Shown: positions 25,898 to 36,132 of the stretch, piece by piece
Layout of the letters: each line of letters begins with the position of its first letter
Numbering within the stretch: position 1 is the stretch's first letter
Source of the DNA: Bacteroidia bacterium
GTDB lineage: Bacteria > Bacteroidota > Bacteroidia > 2-12-FULL-35-15
NCBI GenBank assembly: GCA_036386835.1
Contig: DASVUX010000011.1
Span: 456,190 to 520,189 of the forward strand
Reading direction: 5' to 3'
DNA length: 64,000 nucleotides
Translations under genes and position numbers: made by a program
Notes under the pieces: generated by a model
Seen by the model: the letters and a program-made list of their open reading frames with translations, nothing else
Told to the model about the DNA's origin: nothing
Database searches by the model: none

Positions 25898-26926
25898 TCA
25901 GGTGATTTGCTGAAAAGTTTTTTTTAATGAAGCAGCAATAGCAGCGGGATCAAGTACAGTGAATTTGCAGGGAATAATATTTTCCTTTGGTCTTTGGCTG
26001 AGCCCGTATTCGTATGAGCGGTCATAATACACGAGGGTTATTTCACAGGCTGTTTTGAGATCGCCTTCTTCGATCGCCTCAACAGCACGTTTCACATGCT
26101 GTCCTCCCAGCTTTTTGCCAATACGCTGTGTGGCGGTGATAAGCTCTTCTTTAGAAAATCGACCGTATTCTTCCGCGAGATAATTTACCCGTGCTTCAAG
26201 AGAAAGATCGATACACATCACTTTTGCAGCCCGCATCTGGAACCACAAGGCATCCGGTAATACATTGATGCCAATCTTCCGGCTTTCATCTTCAAGCCAG
26301 CAGATCCTTGAAGTGTCGAGCTGAGAAAACGCAAAGGAGACCTCATTTTCAAATTGTTCCTGGGATAGCTGTTTTTCTTCTCCGAAGGAACCATAGGATG
26401 AGCCTTTATGATGTGCGATCTTTTCAAGGTCGATCACCTGTTCGCCAAGTTTAATGAGCTCATGCAGGATAAGGGTTTTCCCTGAACCTGTCCTACCTCC
26501 AACTATGATTATATTTTTGGGTTCAGCAAAACTTTCGAGAACCTGATGGCGGTATTTCTTATAGCCGCCTTTCAGTGTAAAGCATTTGAATCCATAGCTT
26601 TCAAAAAGCCATGCCATACTGGCGCTGCGCATTCCGCCCCTCCAGCAATGAACAAGGAGTGTTCCTGTATTCCGGATCGCATTTGCCTGCAGGATAAACT
26701 CGTGAAGCCTGGGCCCCACAAGCTCTAGTCCTTTTAAGATAGCGGGCTGTTTGCCTTCCTGCTTGTAGATCGTGCCGATTATTATTCTCTCTTCATTTGT
26801 GAAAAGAGGAATGTTGAAGGCGCCCGGGATACGGCCCTGCTCAAACTCGGCGGGTGTACGCACATCTATCACCGGGTGCTGTCCCGATAACTTCCTAAAT
26901 TCTTTTATGTCTATCGGAGTCGGCAA
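25898..26926 (-). CDS. selU: tRNA 2-selenouridine synthase
   Basis: N-terminal rhodanese domain (IDVRTPAEFEQGRIPGAFNIPL, CWRGGMRS) plus P-loop GGRTGSGKT. The start is TTG, immediately after the upstream stop codon. Confidence 0.85.
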   Translation of the reverse strand: MPTPIDIKEFRKLSGQHPVIDVRTPAEFEQGRIPGAFNIPLFTNEERIIIGTIYKQEGKQPAILKGLELVGPRLHEFILQANAIRNTGTLLVHCWRGGMRSASMAWLFESYGFKCFTLKGGYKKYRHQVLESFAEPKNIIIVGGRTGSGKTLILHELIKLGEQVIDLEKIAHHKGSSYGSFGEEKQLSQEQFENEVSFAFSQLDTSRICWLEDESRKIGINVLPDALWFQMRAAKVMCIDLSLEARVNYLAEEYGRFSKEELITATQRIGKKLGGQHVKRAVEAIEEGDLKTACEITLVYYDRSYEYGLSQRPKENIIPCKFTVLDPAAIAASLKKTFQQIT

Positions 26927-28420
26927 TTATTTTACCTCCTGCATTAATTTTTTCACGAAAGGAGAGATCGCAATCATCACAACTCCTGCGATCAACGCAT
27001 ATATTCCAAGTTGTTTGTAACCGTCAGCGTAAATGACAAGTTTTTCCAGATTGCTTGAATTGCTGGACGCTTCCGCAATATTGGCACCAAGCAGTCCTGC
27101 AAAATACTGTCCGTAAGCACTTGCCAGGAACCACATCCCCATCATCATTGCCTGGAGCTTTGGTGGCGAAAGCTTCGTCATTACCGACATTCCAATTGGT
27201 GATAAACAAAGTTCGCCAAACGTGATCACCAGCCATCCCAAAGTAAAAAGATCAAGAGATGTCATTCCATTTACATCCGCGAAGAACTTTGTATAATAAA
27301 AAACATAGAAGCCTCCTGCAAGAAATAAGAATCCTAATCCGAATTTCACAATAGTGTTAGGCTCAATATTCCTCTTATTCATCCAGATCCAGGCCATTCC
27401 CACCAAGGCGGCAAATGCGATCACAAAGAATGAATTCGCGGAATTGTTCACGCCATTCGGGTTCAGAGGAACTCCAAGCACGGTATTGTGTAAATTATTG
27501 GCGGCAAACAGGCTTAATGAGCCACCGCTTTGTTCGAAGAAAGCCCAGAAGAGAATGGAGAAAAGAATGAATATAAGTGCAGCAAGCAGTTTCTTCCTGT
27601 CTGCTGAAGGGTACTTCATCATTTCAAACACTAAGTACGCCAGCACACAGGGACCGATAATGTACATGAACCAATCGGTATACTCCGTTTTGGAAACCAT
27701 GATCATAATAACCGGTATGATCAGCAGCGATCCGCCATAAACAGCATATTCATACCAGTTCTTATTCGTATTCCCATCTGTGCGGATAGGGGGAAGGCCG
27801 ATGGGACCAAGGGAACGCTGGGTAAAAATAAAGGTGACCAGGCTAATTGTCATAACAATCGCGGCAAGACCGAAGGCCAGCTTCCATGAGTAATCCTGCC
27901 CTATAGAGATACAGGCATATCCTCCGAGGAGGGCTCCTAAATTGATACCTGCGTAGAAAAGTGAAAAGCCTGCATCCGTACGGCTGTCACCTTTTTTATA
28001 AAGTGCTCCAACCATTGTAGAGATGTTCGGCTTAAAAAAACCGGAGCCTATGATTGTAAAACTTATTCCGAGGAAGAAGTAATCGTGAGGATTTAAGGAA
28101 AGTATGAAGCTGCCTGCGATCATCAGGACCCCGCCCCAGAAAAGGGATTTACGATATCCTAATATCTTATCGGCAAATAAGCCGCCAATGAAAGTGAAAG
28201 CATACACGAATGCCTGCGTTGCGCCATATTGTAAATTTGCATCGCGTTCATTCATGGTCAGCTGGTTCACCATAAAGAACACCAGCATCCCGCGCATTCC
28301 GTAAAAAGAAAAGCGTTCCCACATTTCCGAAAAAAAGAGATACCATAATTGCTTAGGGTATTTGCCTTTAAAATTTTGTATCTGTTCCAGTGTCTGTACG
28401 TTTTCCATTTTATTTAGCAT
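26927..28420 (-). CDS. POT/PTR2-family proton-dependent di/tripeptide transporter
   Basis: PTR2 signature FSEMWERFSFYGMRGML. The protein has about 14 TM segments. Confidence 0.9.
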   Translation of the reverse strand: MLNKMENVQTLEQIQNFKGKYPKQLWYLFFSEMWERFSFYGMRGMLVFFMVNQLTMNERDANLQYGATQAFVYAFTFIGGLFADKILGYRKSLFWGGVLMIAGSFILSLNPHDYFFLGISFTIIGSGFFKPNISTMVGALYKKGDSRTDAGFSLFYAGINLGALLGGYACISIGQDYSWKLAFGLAAIVMTISLVTFIFTQRSLGPIGLPPIRTDGNTNKNWYEYAVYGGSLLIIPVIMIMVSKTEYTDWFMYIIGPCVLAYLVFEMMKYPSADRKKLLAALIFILFSILFWAFFEQSGGSLSLFAANNLHNTVLGVPLNPNGVNNSANSFFVIAFAALVGMAWIWMNKRNIEPNTIVKFGLGFLFLAGGFYVFYYTKFFADVNGMTSLDLFTLGWLVITFGELCLSPIGMSVMTKLSPPKLQAMMMGMWFLASAYGQYFAGLLGANIAEASSNSSNLEKLVIYADGYKQLGIYALIAGVVMIAISPFVKKLMQEVK

Positions 28421-29592
28421 TAAAAGGTTTCTGATCCAACGGTTACCATTGCGGCTATTTTCATTGCCCTCTCTTTAACCGCATTTACATCGCTTCCGGG
28501 GATATCATACGTGAGTGCAACTGCCATGCGCCTGTAGGGACGTGTTACAGGTTTCCCGAAGATCCTGATATCACTTTGTGCCTGGTTCATTGCTTTATCC
28601 AGTCCTGTGAATACAGGGTTTATTCCTTCTTTATCTGCAAGGATCACCGCACTTGCACCAACACGTTCGAGTGTGATTTCAGCTATCGGTAAACCAAGCA
28701 CAGCGCGCGCATGCAATTCAAATTCTGAAAAGTTCTGGGTGCCCGCAAGAGTTACCATGCCTGTATCATGAGGCCGCGGAGAAAGCTCGGAAAAATAGAC
28801 ACCATCATCAGCGAGAAAGAATTCAACTCCCCACAGGCCTGCTCCGCTTAATGCCTTCGTAACTTTTTCTGCCATGTGCTGAGCTTCGGTTAAATGCTCT
28901 GCTTTTATTTCTGCCGGCTGCCAGCTCTCCTGGTAATCACCGCGTTCCTGGCGGTGACCGATTGGAGGACAGAATAACGTTTTCCCGCTTTTTTGTGTAA
29001 CAGTAAGCAAGGTGATCTCGGAATTGAACTTCACAAAAGCTTCAGCGATCACTTCGGTATAATCTCCCCGCTTTCCGGCCTGTGCATATTCCCAGGCTTT
29101 TAGGATATCACTTTCGGTTTTTATTACACTTTGTCCTTTTCCGGATGAACTCATTAAAGGCTTAACAACGCAGGGTATGCCAACTGTGTTGACCGCTTTT
29201 TTTAATTCTTCAAAGCTGTTCGCATATTCGTAGCGCGCTGTTTTCAATCCTAATTCTTTTGCGGCAAGATCGCGGATCGCCTTTCTGTTCATTGTGAAAT
29301 TCGCAGCTTTGGCGCTTGGTACAACGAGGATTCCTTGTTTTTCATAATCATAGAATCGTTCTGTCCGTATAGCTTCAATCTCGGGTACGATTAGGTCGGG
29401 TTTGTGCTTTGCAACTATCCTGTCAAGTTCGGCACCATCAAGCATGTTGATTACTTCACGTTCATCGGCTACCTGTTGTGCAGGCGCGTCATTATAAGAA
29501 TCAACAGCGATAACGTATTGTCCGAGGCGCTTTACAGCGATAACAAATTCCTTTCCAAGTTCGCCTGAGCCAAGCAGCATTATTTTTTTCAT
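28420..29592 (-). CDS. purT: formate-dependent phosphoribosylglycinamide formyltransferase
   Basis: [15 protein letters not shown] and ATP-grasp blocks fit PurT. The stop codon overlaps the downstream ATG (TAATG). The start is set at MKKIM. Confidence 0.9.
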   Translation of the reverse strand: MKKIMLLGSGELGKEFVIAVKRLGQYVIAVDSYNDAPAQQVADEREVINMLDGAELDRIVAKHKPDLIVPEIEAIRTERFYDYEKQGILVVPSAKAANFTMNRKAIRDLAAKELGLKTARYEYANSFEELKKAVNTVGIPCVVKPLMSSSGKGQSVIKTESDILKAWEYAQAGKRGDYTEVIAEAFVKFNSEITLLTVTQKSGKTLFCPPIGHRQERGDYQESWQPAEIKAEHLTEAQHMAEKVTKALSGAGLWGVEFFLADDGVYFSELSPRPHDTGMVTLAGTQNFSEFELHARAVLGLPIAEITLERVGASAVILADKEGINPVFTGLDKAMNQAQSDIRIFGKPVTRPYRRMAVALTYDIPGSDVNAVKERAMKIAAMVTVGSETF

Positions 29593-29599
29593 ATATATA

Positions 29600-30232
29600 T
29601 TATTTGGAAGCCAAGCCAAACCCTACTCCGAAGGTGAACATACGCTCATGTTTTTTATGTATAGTTGAAAGTCCAATGTGCATGTTAAGCTCTTCACCAA
29701 TGGAAAACCAGATCCCTGCTTCTGGGCTGAATCTGGTACCACCTATTTCCTTGAATTCAACCCAATTTGTAGCGTTGCCGAGTTTAGCAGTATTGGAGTA
29801 GGCATACAAGTATCGAGACCTTTCCACACCTGCCCCGGCAAATATTTTCAACCGATAAGTTTGTTTTAGCGTAAAGCAATTGAACATACCACCAAAATGC
29901 AGCTCCCATCTTGAATACTTTTTTCCGCCTGTGAAGTACCAATTGTTTGAACGGTCATTAACTGCCCCATCCTCAAAATAGTATTGTGCTTTGCGAAAGA
30001 CCTGAAAATTAAATCTTCCTGATAAGTATATCGAATGACCAGCTTTGCTCGTCCTGCCGGTAAGAATCCCCAGCGGTGCATAAATCCCCGGACTGTAAGC
30101 AATAAATTTCTTTTTTAGCAGTGTATTATTGTCATTATAATTTATTGGGAGAGCTTCATAAGGGAAAGCATAAATTGATGCTTTAAAAAAGATAAAAATA
30201 AGCATGAGCAGGGATCTGGAACACCTCATCAC
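29600..30232 (-). CDS. hypothetical secreted protein, beta-barrel-like composition
   Basis: Signal peptide present. Aromatic and Gly residues alternate, and the C-terminus is ...[13 protein letters not shown] recognised no family. Confidence 0.5.
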   Translation of the reverse strand: MMRCSRSLLMLIFIFFKASIYAFPYEALPINYNDNNTLLKKKFIAYSPGIYAPLGILTGRTSKAGHSIYLSGRFNFQVFRKAQYYFEDGAVNDRSNNWYFTGGKKYSRWELHFGGMFNCFTLKQTYRLKIFAGAGVERSRYLYAYSNTAKLGNATNWVEFKEIGGTRFSPEAGIWFSIGEELNMHIGLSTIHKKHERMFTFGVGFGLASK

Positions 30233-30233
30233 C

Positions 30234-30590
30234 TTAGATTTTTATGGTTATACATTGTGAAACGCCAGTGGTAAAAGAACCAACCCGATAGTATGATCCG
30301 CGGGTAATTTTATATGAATGGGTTCCGGACGGCACAACAAAATTCGCACAACCGGGATCCCTGCAGCCGGGGTTGTAGTTAAAAAAATAGGTTATTAGTT
30401 CAGTACTACCATTCAGATCAATTTGTATAGGCCCAAACCCATTGCTCATTGTATAAAAACTAACATTATAAGTATTATACATTACGCCCCACCCACTCGA
30501 ATTACTGGTTTCTTCAGTTGGTGGTTCAGGCATTTCTTTTTTGCAGCCGGTAATTATTAATAGCGGTAACAGGAGGATAAGTATTCTCAT
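30234..30590 (-). CDS. hypothetical lipoprotein
   Basis: Lipobox LLIITGC. The protein is 118 aa and the ORF abuts the next gene with a 1-nt gap. Confidence 0.55.
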   Translation of the reverse strand: MRILILLLPLLIITGCKKEMPEPPTEETSNSSGWGVMYNTYNVSFYTMSNGFGPIQIDLNGSTELITYFFNYNPGCRDPGCANFVVPSGTHSYKITRGSYYRVGSFTTGVSQCITIKI

Positions 30591-30728
30591 TAAAAAAACA
30601 ATGCGTTTGTGCGAGGGTACTAATTTAGCTAAAATATTAATGATCTCAGGCCAAATCCAGTAGGAGTCTGTACAATTTTGAATATTTACATTTTGTAACT
30701 ATTATTGTAACGAATTAAAACTTACCCG

Positions 30729-31247
30729 ATGATCGCCTTATATATCCTGGTCGGACTCGCCATCCTGATATTAATTATTTCCCTTGCTATCCCCACTGAA
30801 TTTAAACTGGAAAGGGATGTTGTCATCAACAAGCCAAAAGCAGAGGTCTTTTCTTATGTGAAGTCCCTGAAGAACCAGGATAACTGGAGCGTCTGGAACA
30901 TGAAGGACCCGAACATGAAAAGGGAGTTTACAGGAACAGATGGAACGCAAGGTTTTATTTCCCGGTGGGAAGGAAATAAGGATGTAGGCATAGGCGAACA
31001 GGAAATTAAAAAGATAGTTGAAGGCGAAAGAGTGGATATGCAGCTCCGCTTTGAAAAGCCATTCAAAATGACCAATGATGCATTTATCACAACGATAGCG
31101 GAAAGCCATGATCAGACAAGAGTAAGATGGGGATTCAGCGGAACGAGCCCGCGCCCGATGAATATTTTCAGCGTCATGATGAAAGGCGCCCTGACCAAAG
31201 ACTTCGACCAGGGACTATCAAATCTTAAAAGGATCCTTGAGAAATAA
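30729..31247 (+). CDS. SRPBCC (START/polyketide-cyclase-like) family protein with N-terminal TM helix
   Basis: 172 aa, with the pattern ...ERDVVINKPKAEVFSYV...W..W... Confidence 0.65.
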   Translation: MIALYILVGLAILILIISLAIPTEFKLERDVVINKPKAEVFSYVKSLKNQDNWSVWNMKDPNMKREFTGTDGTQGFISRWEGNKDVGIGEQEIKKIVEGERVDMQLRFEKPFKMTNDAFITTIAESHDQTRVRWGFSGTSPRPMNIFSVMMKGALTKDFDQGLSNLKRILEK

Positions 31248-31365
31248 ATCACCTCATTTGGCAAATTAATATACTTTTCCGGCCTGCTCAAACCGTGTGA
31301 TAGTTATTTCACGCAGCATTGGGAAAAGTGGATAGCAATACCTTTGAAAAGGGGACGCTTTTTCG

Positions 31366-31373
31366 TATTTTTG
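31366..31373 (+). promoter_or_regulatory. -7 box (TAttTTTG) for kbl
   Basis: Exact match 42 nt upstream of the ATG at 31415. Confidence 0.4.
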
Positions 31374-31414
31374 CATATATCTAAATCCTAATGTAAAATA
31401 TTCATATCCATAAT

Positions 31415-32608
31415 ATGTACGGAAAATTCAAAGATCACCTTCAAACGGAATTAAACAATATAGATGAAGCAGGACTGTTCAAGCGTGAGCGGATCATTAC
31501 CTCTGAACAGGGCGCGGTTGTAAAAGTTAACGGCAAAGATGTCATCATTTTTTGTGCGAATAATTACCTCGGGCTTTCATCACATCCTAAAGTAATCGAA
31601 GCAGCTCATAAAACACTTGACCGACATGGTTATGGAATGAGCAGCGTCCGTTTCATCTGCGGAACGCAGGACCTGCATAAAGAGCTCGAAGAAAAGATCT
31701 CGAAGTTTGTTGGCCAGGAAGACACCATTCTGTATGCCGCCTGCTTTGATGCCAATGGAGGGGTATTCGAGCCACTGCTTGGTGAGGAGGATGCGATCAT
31801 TTCGGACGAACTTAATCATGCTTCTATTATTGATGGAGTTCGCTTATGCAAGGCACAGCGTTACCGTTATAAGAACTGTAACATGGAAGACCTGGAAGAG
31901 CAATTAAAAGTTGCCCAAAAACAGCGTTTCCGGCTGATCGTTACAGATGGTGTATTTTCAATGGATGGTTTTGTTGCCCCGCTTGATAAGATTTGTGATC
32001 TTGCCGATAAATATAATGCAATGGTTATGGTGGATGAAAGCCATGCTTCGGGCTTCATTGGAAAAACCGGCCGCGGGACGATAGAATTGAAAAATGTAAT
32101 GGACCGTGTGGACATAGTGACAGGGACATTGGGTAAAGCATTAGGAGGAGCAATGGGAGGTTTCACATCAGGCAGGAAAGAAATCATTGAGCTTTTGCGT
32201 CAGCGTTCACGTCCGTATCTTTTCAGTAACTCACTTGCCCCGCATATCGTGGGTGCATCAATTGCAGTGCTGGACATGCTGAGTGAAGCCACTACACTAA
32301 GAGATAAGCTTGAATGGAATGTGAATTATTTCAAGCAGGGAATTAAAAAGGCGGGATTGGAAATAAAGGACGGTGATTCTGCTATTGTGCCGGTCATGCT
32401 CTATGATGCCAAGCTTGCTCAGGAGTTCGCTTCCAGATTATTAAATGAAGGGATTTACGTGATCGGTTTCTTTTATCCTGTTGTTCCGAAAGGCCAGGCA
32501 AGGATCCGTGTCCAGCTTTCTGCAGCACATGAAAAAGAGCATCTGGATAAGGCGCTTGCCGCTTTTGAAAAAATAGGGAAAGAGCTTGGAGTGATCAAAT
32601 ACGCTTAA
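31415..32608 (+). CDS. kbl: glycine C-acetyltransferase (2-amino-3-ketobutyrate CoA ligase)
   Basis: Alpha-oxoamine synthase blocks [18 protein letters not shown] and [10 protein letters not shown] (the PLP lysine). The protein is 397 aa. Confidence 0.9.
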   Translation: MYGKFKDHLQTELNNIDEAGLFKRERIITSEQGAVVKVNGKDVIIFCANNYLGLSSHPKVIEAAHKTLDRHGYGMSSVRFICGTQDLHKELEEKISKFVGQEDTILYAACFDANGGVFEPLLGEEDAIISDELNHASIIDGVRLCKAQRYRYKNCNMEDLEEQLKVAQKQRFRLIVTDGVFSMDGFVAPLDKICDLADKYNAMVMVDESHASGFIGKTGRGTIELKNVMDRVDIVTGTLGKALGGAMGGFTSGRKEIIELLRQRSRPYLFSNSLAPHIVGASIAVLDMLSEATTLRDKLEWNVNYFKQGIKKAGLEIKDGDSAIVPVMLYDAKLAQEFASRLLNEGIYVIGFFYPVVPKGQARIRVQLSAAHEKEHLDKALAAFEKIGKELGVIKYA

Positions 32609-32627
32609 GAATAAATAGTTTAACAAG

Positions 32628-32656
32628 AAAAACCACGGTTATACCGTGGTTTTTTT
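32628..32656 (+). terminator. rho-independent terminator
   Basis: Stem aaaaaccacgg / ccgtggttttt with loop ttata, followed by a T-run. Confidence 0.75.
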
Positions 32657-32710
32657 CTTTTATGAACTGTATCTTTTCCTGCCCCGTTCGTTATACAGGA
32701 AATTTTCCAA

Positions 32711-33757
32711 ATGAAAGCTATGGTTTTAACCGGTATTGTAATAATGGTCATTTCAGCTTCTATTCTGAATGCTCAACATGAAATACCTGCTAATTCAAAT
32801 ACCTGGTATTCTATCGTTCACTACGAGAATAAAGAGAAGGAGAACAATAAAAAATGCGGTATTAAAGAAAGGACCATTGAAAGCACTTCAAGGACATTAA
32901 ATGGAAGAAAATATTCTTATGATACAGAGGGAAGGCTTGTCAGCTACAAGTATGGCAGGGCAAAAGAAATAAGAGCTGGTTATGCCAGCGGTGAACAGAA
33001 AGAATTTGTTTCGTTCCACAAACAAGGTAAACTTATCGAGCTGGATTCATTTGTATGGAACGGTAAAAATTTAAATGCCTGCTATATCCTGGATAAAAAC
33101 AGGAAAGTGTTTAAAAGGCAGCTTTATAAATACGATAGTACATTCGTAACGGAATATACATTTGAGAAGCAAAGCAGAGGGAAATATATGGAGCTGGAAA
33201 GGTATGTTTATGAGTATTATCCGGATTACACATACAAAAAGATAACACGTTATAAAAAGGGTAAGCCCAAAAAACATATAATGTTTGATTGTAACCCCTT
33301 AGGTGAAGATCACAAAATAAAAAAGGATTCAGCTTTTAACTGTATTAAGTACGATACAGACAGCCTGGGAAATAAGATCAAAGTCACGATCACCAACCTC
33401 AAAGGTGCTTCATTGAAAAAGGTTGAATATTTCAACAATAATGATCAGAGGATTGCTGAGAAAACCTATGACCTGAAGAAAAATGGCGGACTGATGTGGG
33501 CTTACTTTTATGATACAGGAGATCCCATTTATTATACAAAATTCATCTCATATAAAAGGGGAAGAGAGTTTTATAAGATTGAGAATAAATACGATAAAAA
33601 CAGTAAATGCACAGAATCTGTAAGATGGTCTAAGGGCCGGATCAGGCAGACGTATAAGAATTCATTCAACGAAAAAGGTTTATTGGCAAAGGCGGAAATG
33701 TACAATAGGAAGAATAGGAAAAAAAGCGAAGTAAGATATATTTACGAATATTATTAA
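32711..33757 (+). CDS. hypothetical secreted K/Y/N-rich protein with YD-like repeats
   Basis: Signal peptide present. xYxYD-type motifs recur (YSYDTEGRLVSY, LYKYDSTF, IKYDTDSLG, AYFYDTGDP, NKYDKNS). The gene is visibly AT-rich. Confidence 0.55.
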   Translation: MKAMVLTGIVIMVISASILNAQHEIPANSNTWYSIVHYENKEKENNKKCGIKERTIESTSRTLNGRKYSYDTEGRLVSYKYGRAKEIRAGYASGEQKEFVSFHKQGKLIELDSFVWNGKNLNACYILDKNRKVFKRQLYKYDSTFVTEYTFEKQSRGKYMELERYVYEYYPDYTYKKITRYKKGKPKKHIMFDCNPLGEDHKIKKDSAFNCIKYDTDSLGNKIKVTITNLKGASLKKVEYFNNNDQRIAEKTYDLKKNGGLMWAYFYDTGDPIYYTKFISYKRGREFYKIENKYDKNSKCTESVRWSKGRIRQTYKNSFNEKGLLAKAEMYNRKNRKKSEVRYIYEYY

Positions 33758-33759
33758 AT

Positions 33760-34716
33760 CTATTCTTCTGTCCCGATATGCATCAAGGCATCACCCTGGT
33801 TGATCACTGGCTGGTTATTGATCCCAAGAATGTAACCGTCAAACGGAGCGACAAGCTTTTCTTCATAATCCCCATAGGGATCGCAGATCATTCCGATCAG
33901 TTCACCTTTCCGGACATGCGCACCGTTAGTTTTTGAAGTATGAAAAAGCCCCGATGATTTTGCGCGCACCCAGGATGTTTTATTAAGTACAACAGTCGGG
34001 TTGTTCGGGATCTCTGTTTCCACCATATTGTAATGCTTCATCAGCCGGAGGCATCCATTCACGCCCTCATTGATAGATTGATAATCGAACCGGCAGGATT
34101 CACCGCCTTCAAACACAAGGATTGACTTTCCTTTTTTTGAAGCTTCCTTGCGCAATGTGTTATCACGGAACGGGGAGTTAACGATCAGGGGCGGGGAGAA
34201 TTTTTTTCCCAGCTGAATATTTACATCGTTATTAAAAACACAGCGAAGCTGAGGGTAGTTGCTGATCTTGGCACCACCGGTATGAAAGTCGATCCCGAAG
34301 TCGATCTGCGGTATGATCTCATTCATCAGGTCGTAAGCGATCCTGCTTCCCAGTGAACCTGATTTGCTTCCCGGGAAGCACCTGTTAAGGTCACGGCCGT
34401 CAGGCAATTCACGTGTACCGGATAAAAAGGAAATGATATTAATTACCGGGATTGCAATAATGCTCCCGCAGAGCGGATTTTTAATATCATGGCGCTTGAT
34501 GAGTTTCCTAACGATCTCAATGCCGTTGATCTCATCACCATGCATCCCCGCCAGTATTAAAAGTGTAGGCCCGGGATTTTCAGAACGGAAGACATATACC
34601 GGAATTTCAATAATGGTTTTGGTAGGAAGCTGATACCAGTTCAGGCTAACCTGAGCATTATTACCGGGCTTGATGTCCATCCCGTTGATATGAATGTTTT
34701 TGTTCGTGTAGTTCAT
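33760..34716 (-). CDS. succinylglutamate desuccinylase/aspartoacylase (AstE/AspA) family zinc hydrolase
   Basis: Block LILAGMHGDEINGIEI, which is the zinc-binding site. A C-terminal biotinyl/lipoyl-like beta hybrid motif is present. The gene is adjacent to rimK. Confidence 0.8.
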   Translation of the reverse strand: MNYTNKNIHINGMDIKPGNNAQVSLNWYQLPTKTIIEIPVYVFRSENPGPTLLILAGMHGDEINGIEIVRKLIKRHDIKNPLCGSIIAIPVINIISFLSGTRELPDGRDLNRCFPGSKSGSLGSRIAYDLMNEIIPQIDFGIDFHTGGAKISNYPQLRCVFNNDVNIQLGKKFSPPLIVNSPFRDNTLRKEASKKGKSILVFEGGESCRFDYQSINEGVNGCLRLMKHYNMVETEIPNNPTVVLNKTSWVRAKSSGLFHTSKTNGAHVRKGELIGMICDPYGDYEEKLVAPFDGYILGINNQPVINQGDALMHIGTEE

Positions 34717-34785
34717 TTAATTTCGTTTATTCTTCCCGCCTCCAGGCTCCGCTTCATTGACAAACGCGCAATAGAAAAACGGTTT

Positions 34786-35673
34786 TTATGCGTCATGGTT
34801 GAACTCATTCCGCTCAACATACTCAATGATCTTTCCTGCAATATCAACACCTGTAGCGCCTTCTATACCTTCAAGCCCAGGTGACGAATTTACTTCCATT
34901 ACCAAAGGGCCACGTGATGATTGTAGCATATCAACACCTGCAATTGCAAGTCCGAGCTTTTTTGCAGCCTTAATAGCTGTTTCGCGTTCCTCTTTTGTTA
35001 ATTCAATAACATTGGCGCTTCCGCCACGGTGTAAATTACTTCTGAATTCTCCTGGTAAACCCTGGCGCTTCATGGCACCAACAATTTTACCGTCAACAAT
35101 AAATGCACGGATATCCGCACCCCCGGCTTCCTTGATAAATTCCTGCACAAGAATATTTGCTTTAAGCGCAAGGAAAGATTCGATAACTGATTTGGCGGAT
35201 TTATGCGTTTCCGCAAGAATCACCCCGATCCCCTGTGTTCCTTCCAGGAGCTTGATCACCACCGGTGCACCGCCAACCTGCTCCAATACATTATCAATAT
35301 TTTTAGGTGCAGATGCAAAGGCGGTTTTCGGCATGCCGATTCCTGCCTTGGCAAGCAGCTGCAAGCTTCTGAGCTTGTCCCTGGAGCGGACAAGGGCCTG
35401 CGATTCCACCGAAGAAAAAACTTTCATCTGTTCGAACTGGCGTACAACCGCAGCACCATAAAAAGTAACAGAAGTTCCGATCCGCGGGATGATCGCATCG
35501 ATCCCGGTAACTTCCTTGCCCCCGTAAAATATATGCGGATTGCCTTTTTCAATTACAAGCACACACTTTAAATGATCGAGTACTACAACTTCGTGTCCCC
35601 GTTGTTCCGCGGCTTCAACTAATCTGCGTGTGGAGTATAAACGCGGGCCGCGGGAAAGAATAGCTATTTTCAT
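34786..35673 (-). CDS. rimK: ATP-grasp ribosomal protein S6--L-glutamate ligase
   Basis: MKIAILSR...YSTRRL..AA..RGHE and a full-length ATP-grasp domain closely resemble E. coli RimK. Confidence 0.9.
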   Translation of the reverse strand: MKIAILSRGPRLYSTRRLVEAAEQRGHEVVVLDHLKCVLVIEKGNPHIFYGGKEVTGIDAIIPRIGTSVTFYGAAVVRQFEQMKVFSSVESQALVRSRDKLRSLQLLAKAGIGMPKTAFASAPKNIDNVLEQVGGAPVVIKLLEGTQGIGVILAETHKSAKSVIESFLALKANILVQEFIKEAGGADIRAFIVDGKIVGAMKRQGLPGEFRSNLHRGGSANVIELTKEERETAIKAAKKLGLAIAGVDMLQSSRGPLVMEVNSSPGLEGIEGATGVDIAGKIIEYVERNEFNHDA

Positions 35674-35688
35674 AAATAAGATCGGATA

Positions 35689-36132
35689 TCAGGGTTTGAG
35701 TTTTTTTCTTCTGGAAGGAGGAATATTATTTAGCAAGGCAACATCAACAACATAACGGTTCTTTAATAGTTTTCTCCCGAGCAGGACAGGATAACGCATG
35801 TTACCCCTGTCTGTCAACGAAATTACTGATTTAATCCGTTTTGTGCCGATTTTAATAACTGTTTTTATTATGTAACGTTTTTCAACTTCCCCGAAAGAAT
35901 TTTTTATTTCTTTTTGAGTGTACTCGTTAAATTTTTGTTCCTGCCGGTTATAATCAGGATGTGACGGATCGAGAAGCTTGAAGCAAAGGACCCCGTCTGC
36001 CTCCTTGATATCATGGCAATGCAAAGCGGTAGTGTAGGCGCCTGTGTCGACTTTGGCAGTAATCTCATACAGGCCCAGCTCAGGGAATGCGATCACCTCC
36101 CTGCGGCCGATCAGTTGTTTCTCTTTAGGCAT
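35689..36132 (-). CDS. RimK-associated retropepsin-like protein (annotated in databases as ATP-dependent zinc protease, COG4067)
   Basis: Block AKVDTGAYTTALH, containing a DTGA motif. The protein is 147 aa from MPKEKQ and sits immediately upstream of rimK. Confidence 0.7.
   Translation of the reverse strand: MPKEKQLIGRREVIAFPELGLYEITAKVDTGAYTTALHCHDIKEADGVLCFKLLDPSHPDYNRQEQKFNEYTQKEIKNSFGEVEKRYIIKTVIKIGTKRIKSVISLTDRGNMRYPVLLGRKLLKNRYVVDVALLNNIPPSRRKKLKP

Noticed and set aside
31248-31414. Possible riboswitch (for example a glycine riboswitch) in the 167-nt region upstream of kbl
   Set aside because: None of the conserved glycine-riboswitch cores (GGAGAG...CACCG / ACCGAAGGGGCAA) or other riboswitch signatures that I know are present. 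A -7 box 42 nt from the ATG leaves only a short leader.
34799-35461. 220-aa plus-strand ORF (S/P/A-rich) and 122-aa ORF at 35203..35571
   Set aside because: Both are fully antisense to the unmistakable rimK gene. Their composition is low-complexity with no motifs.
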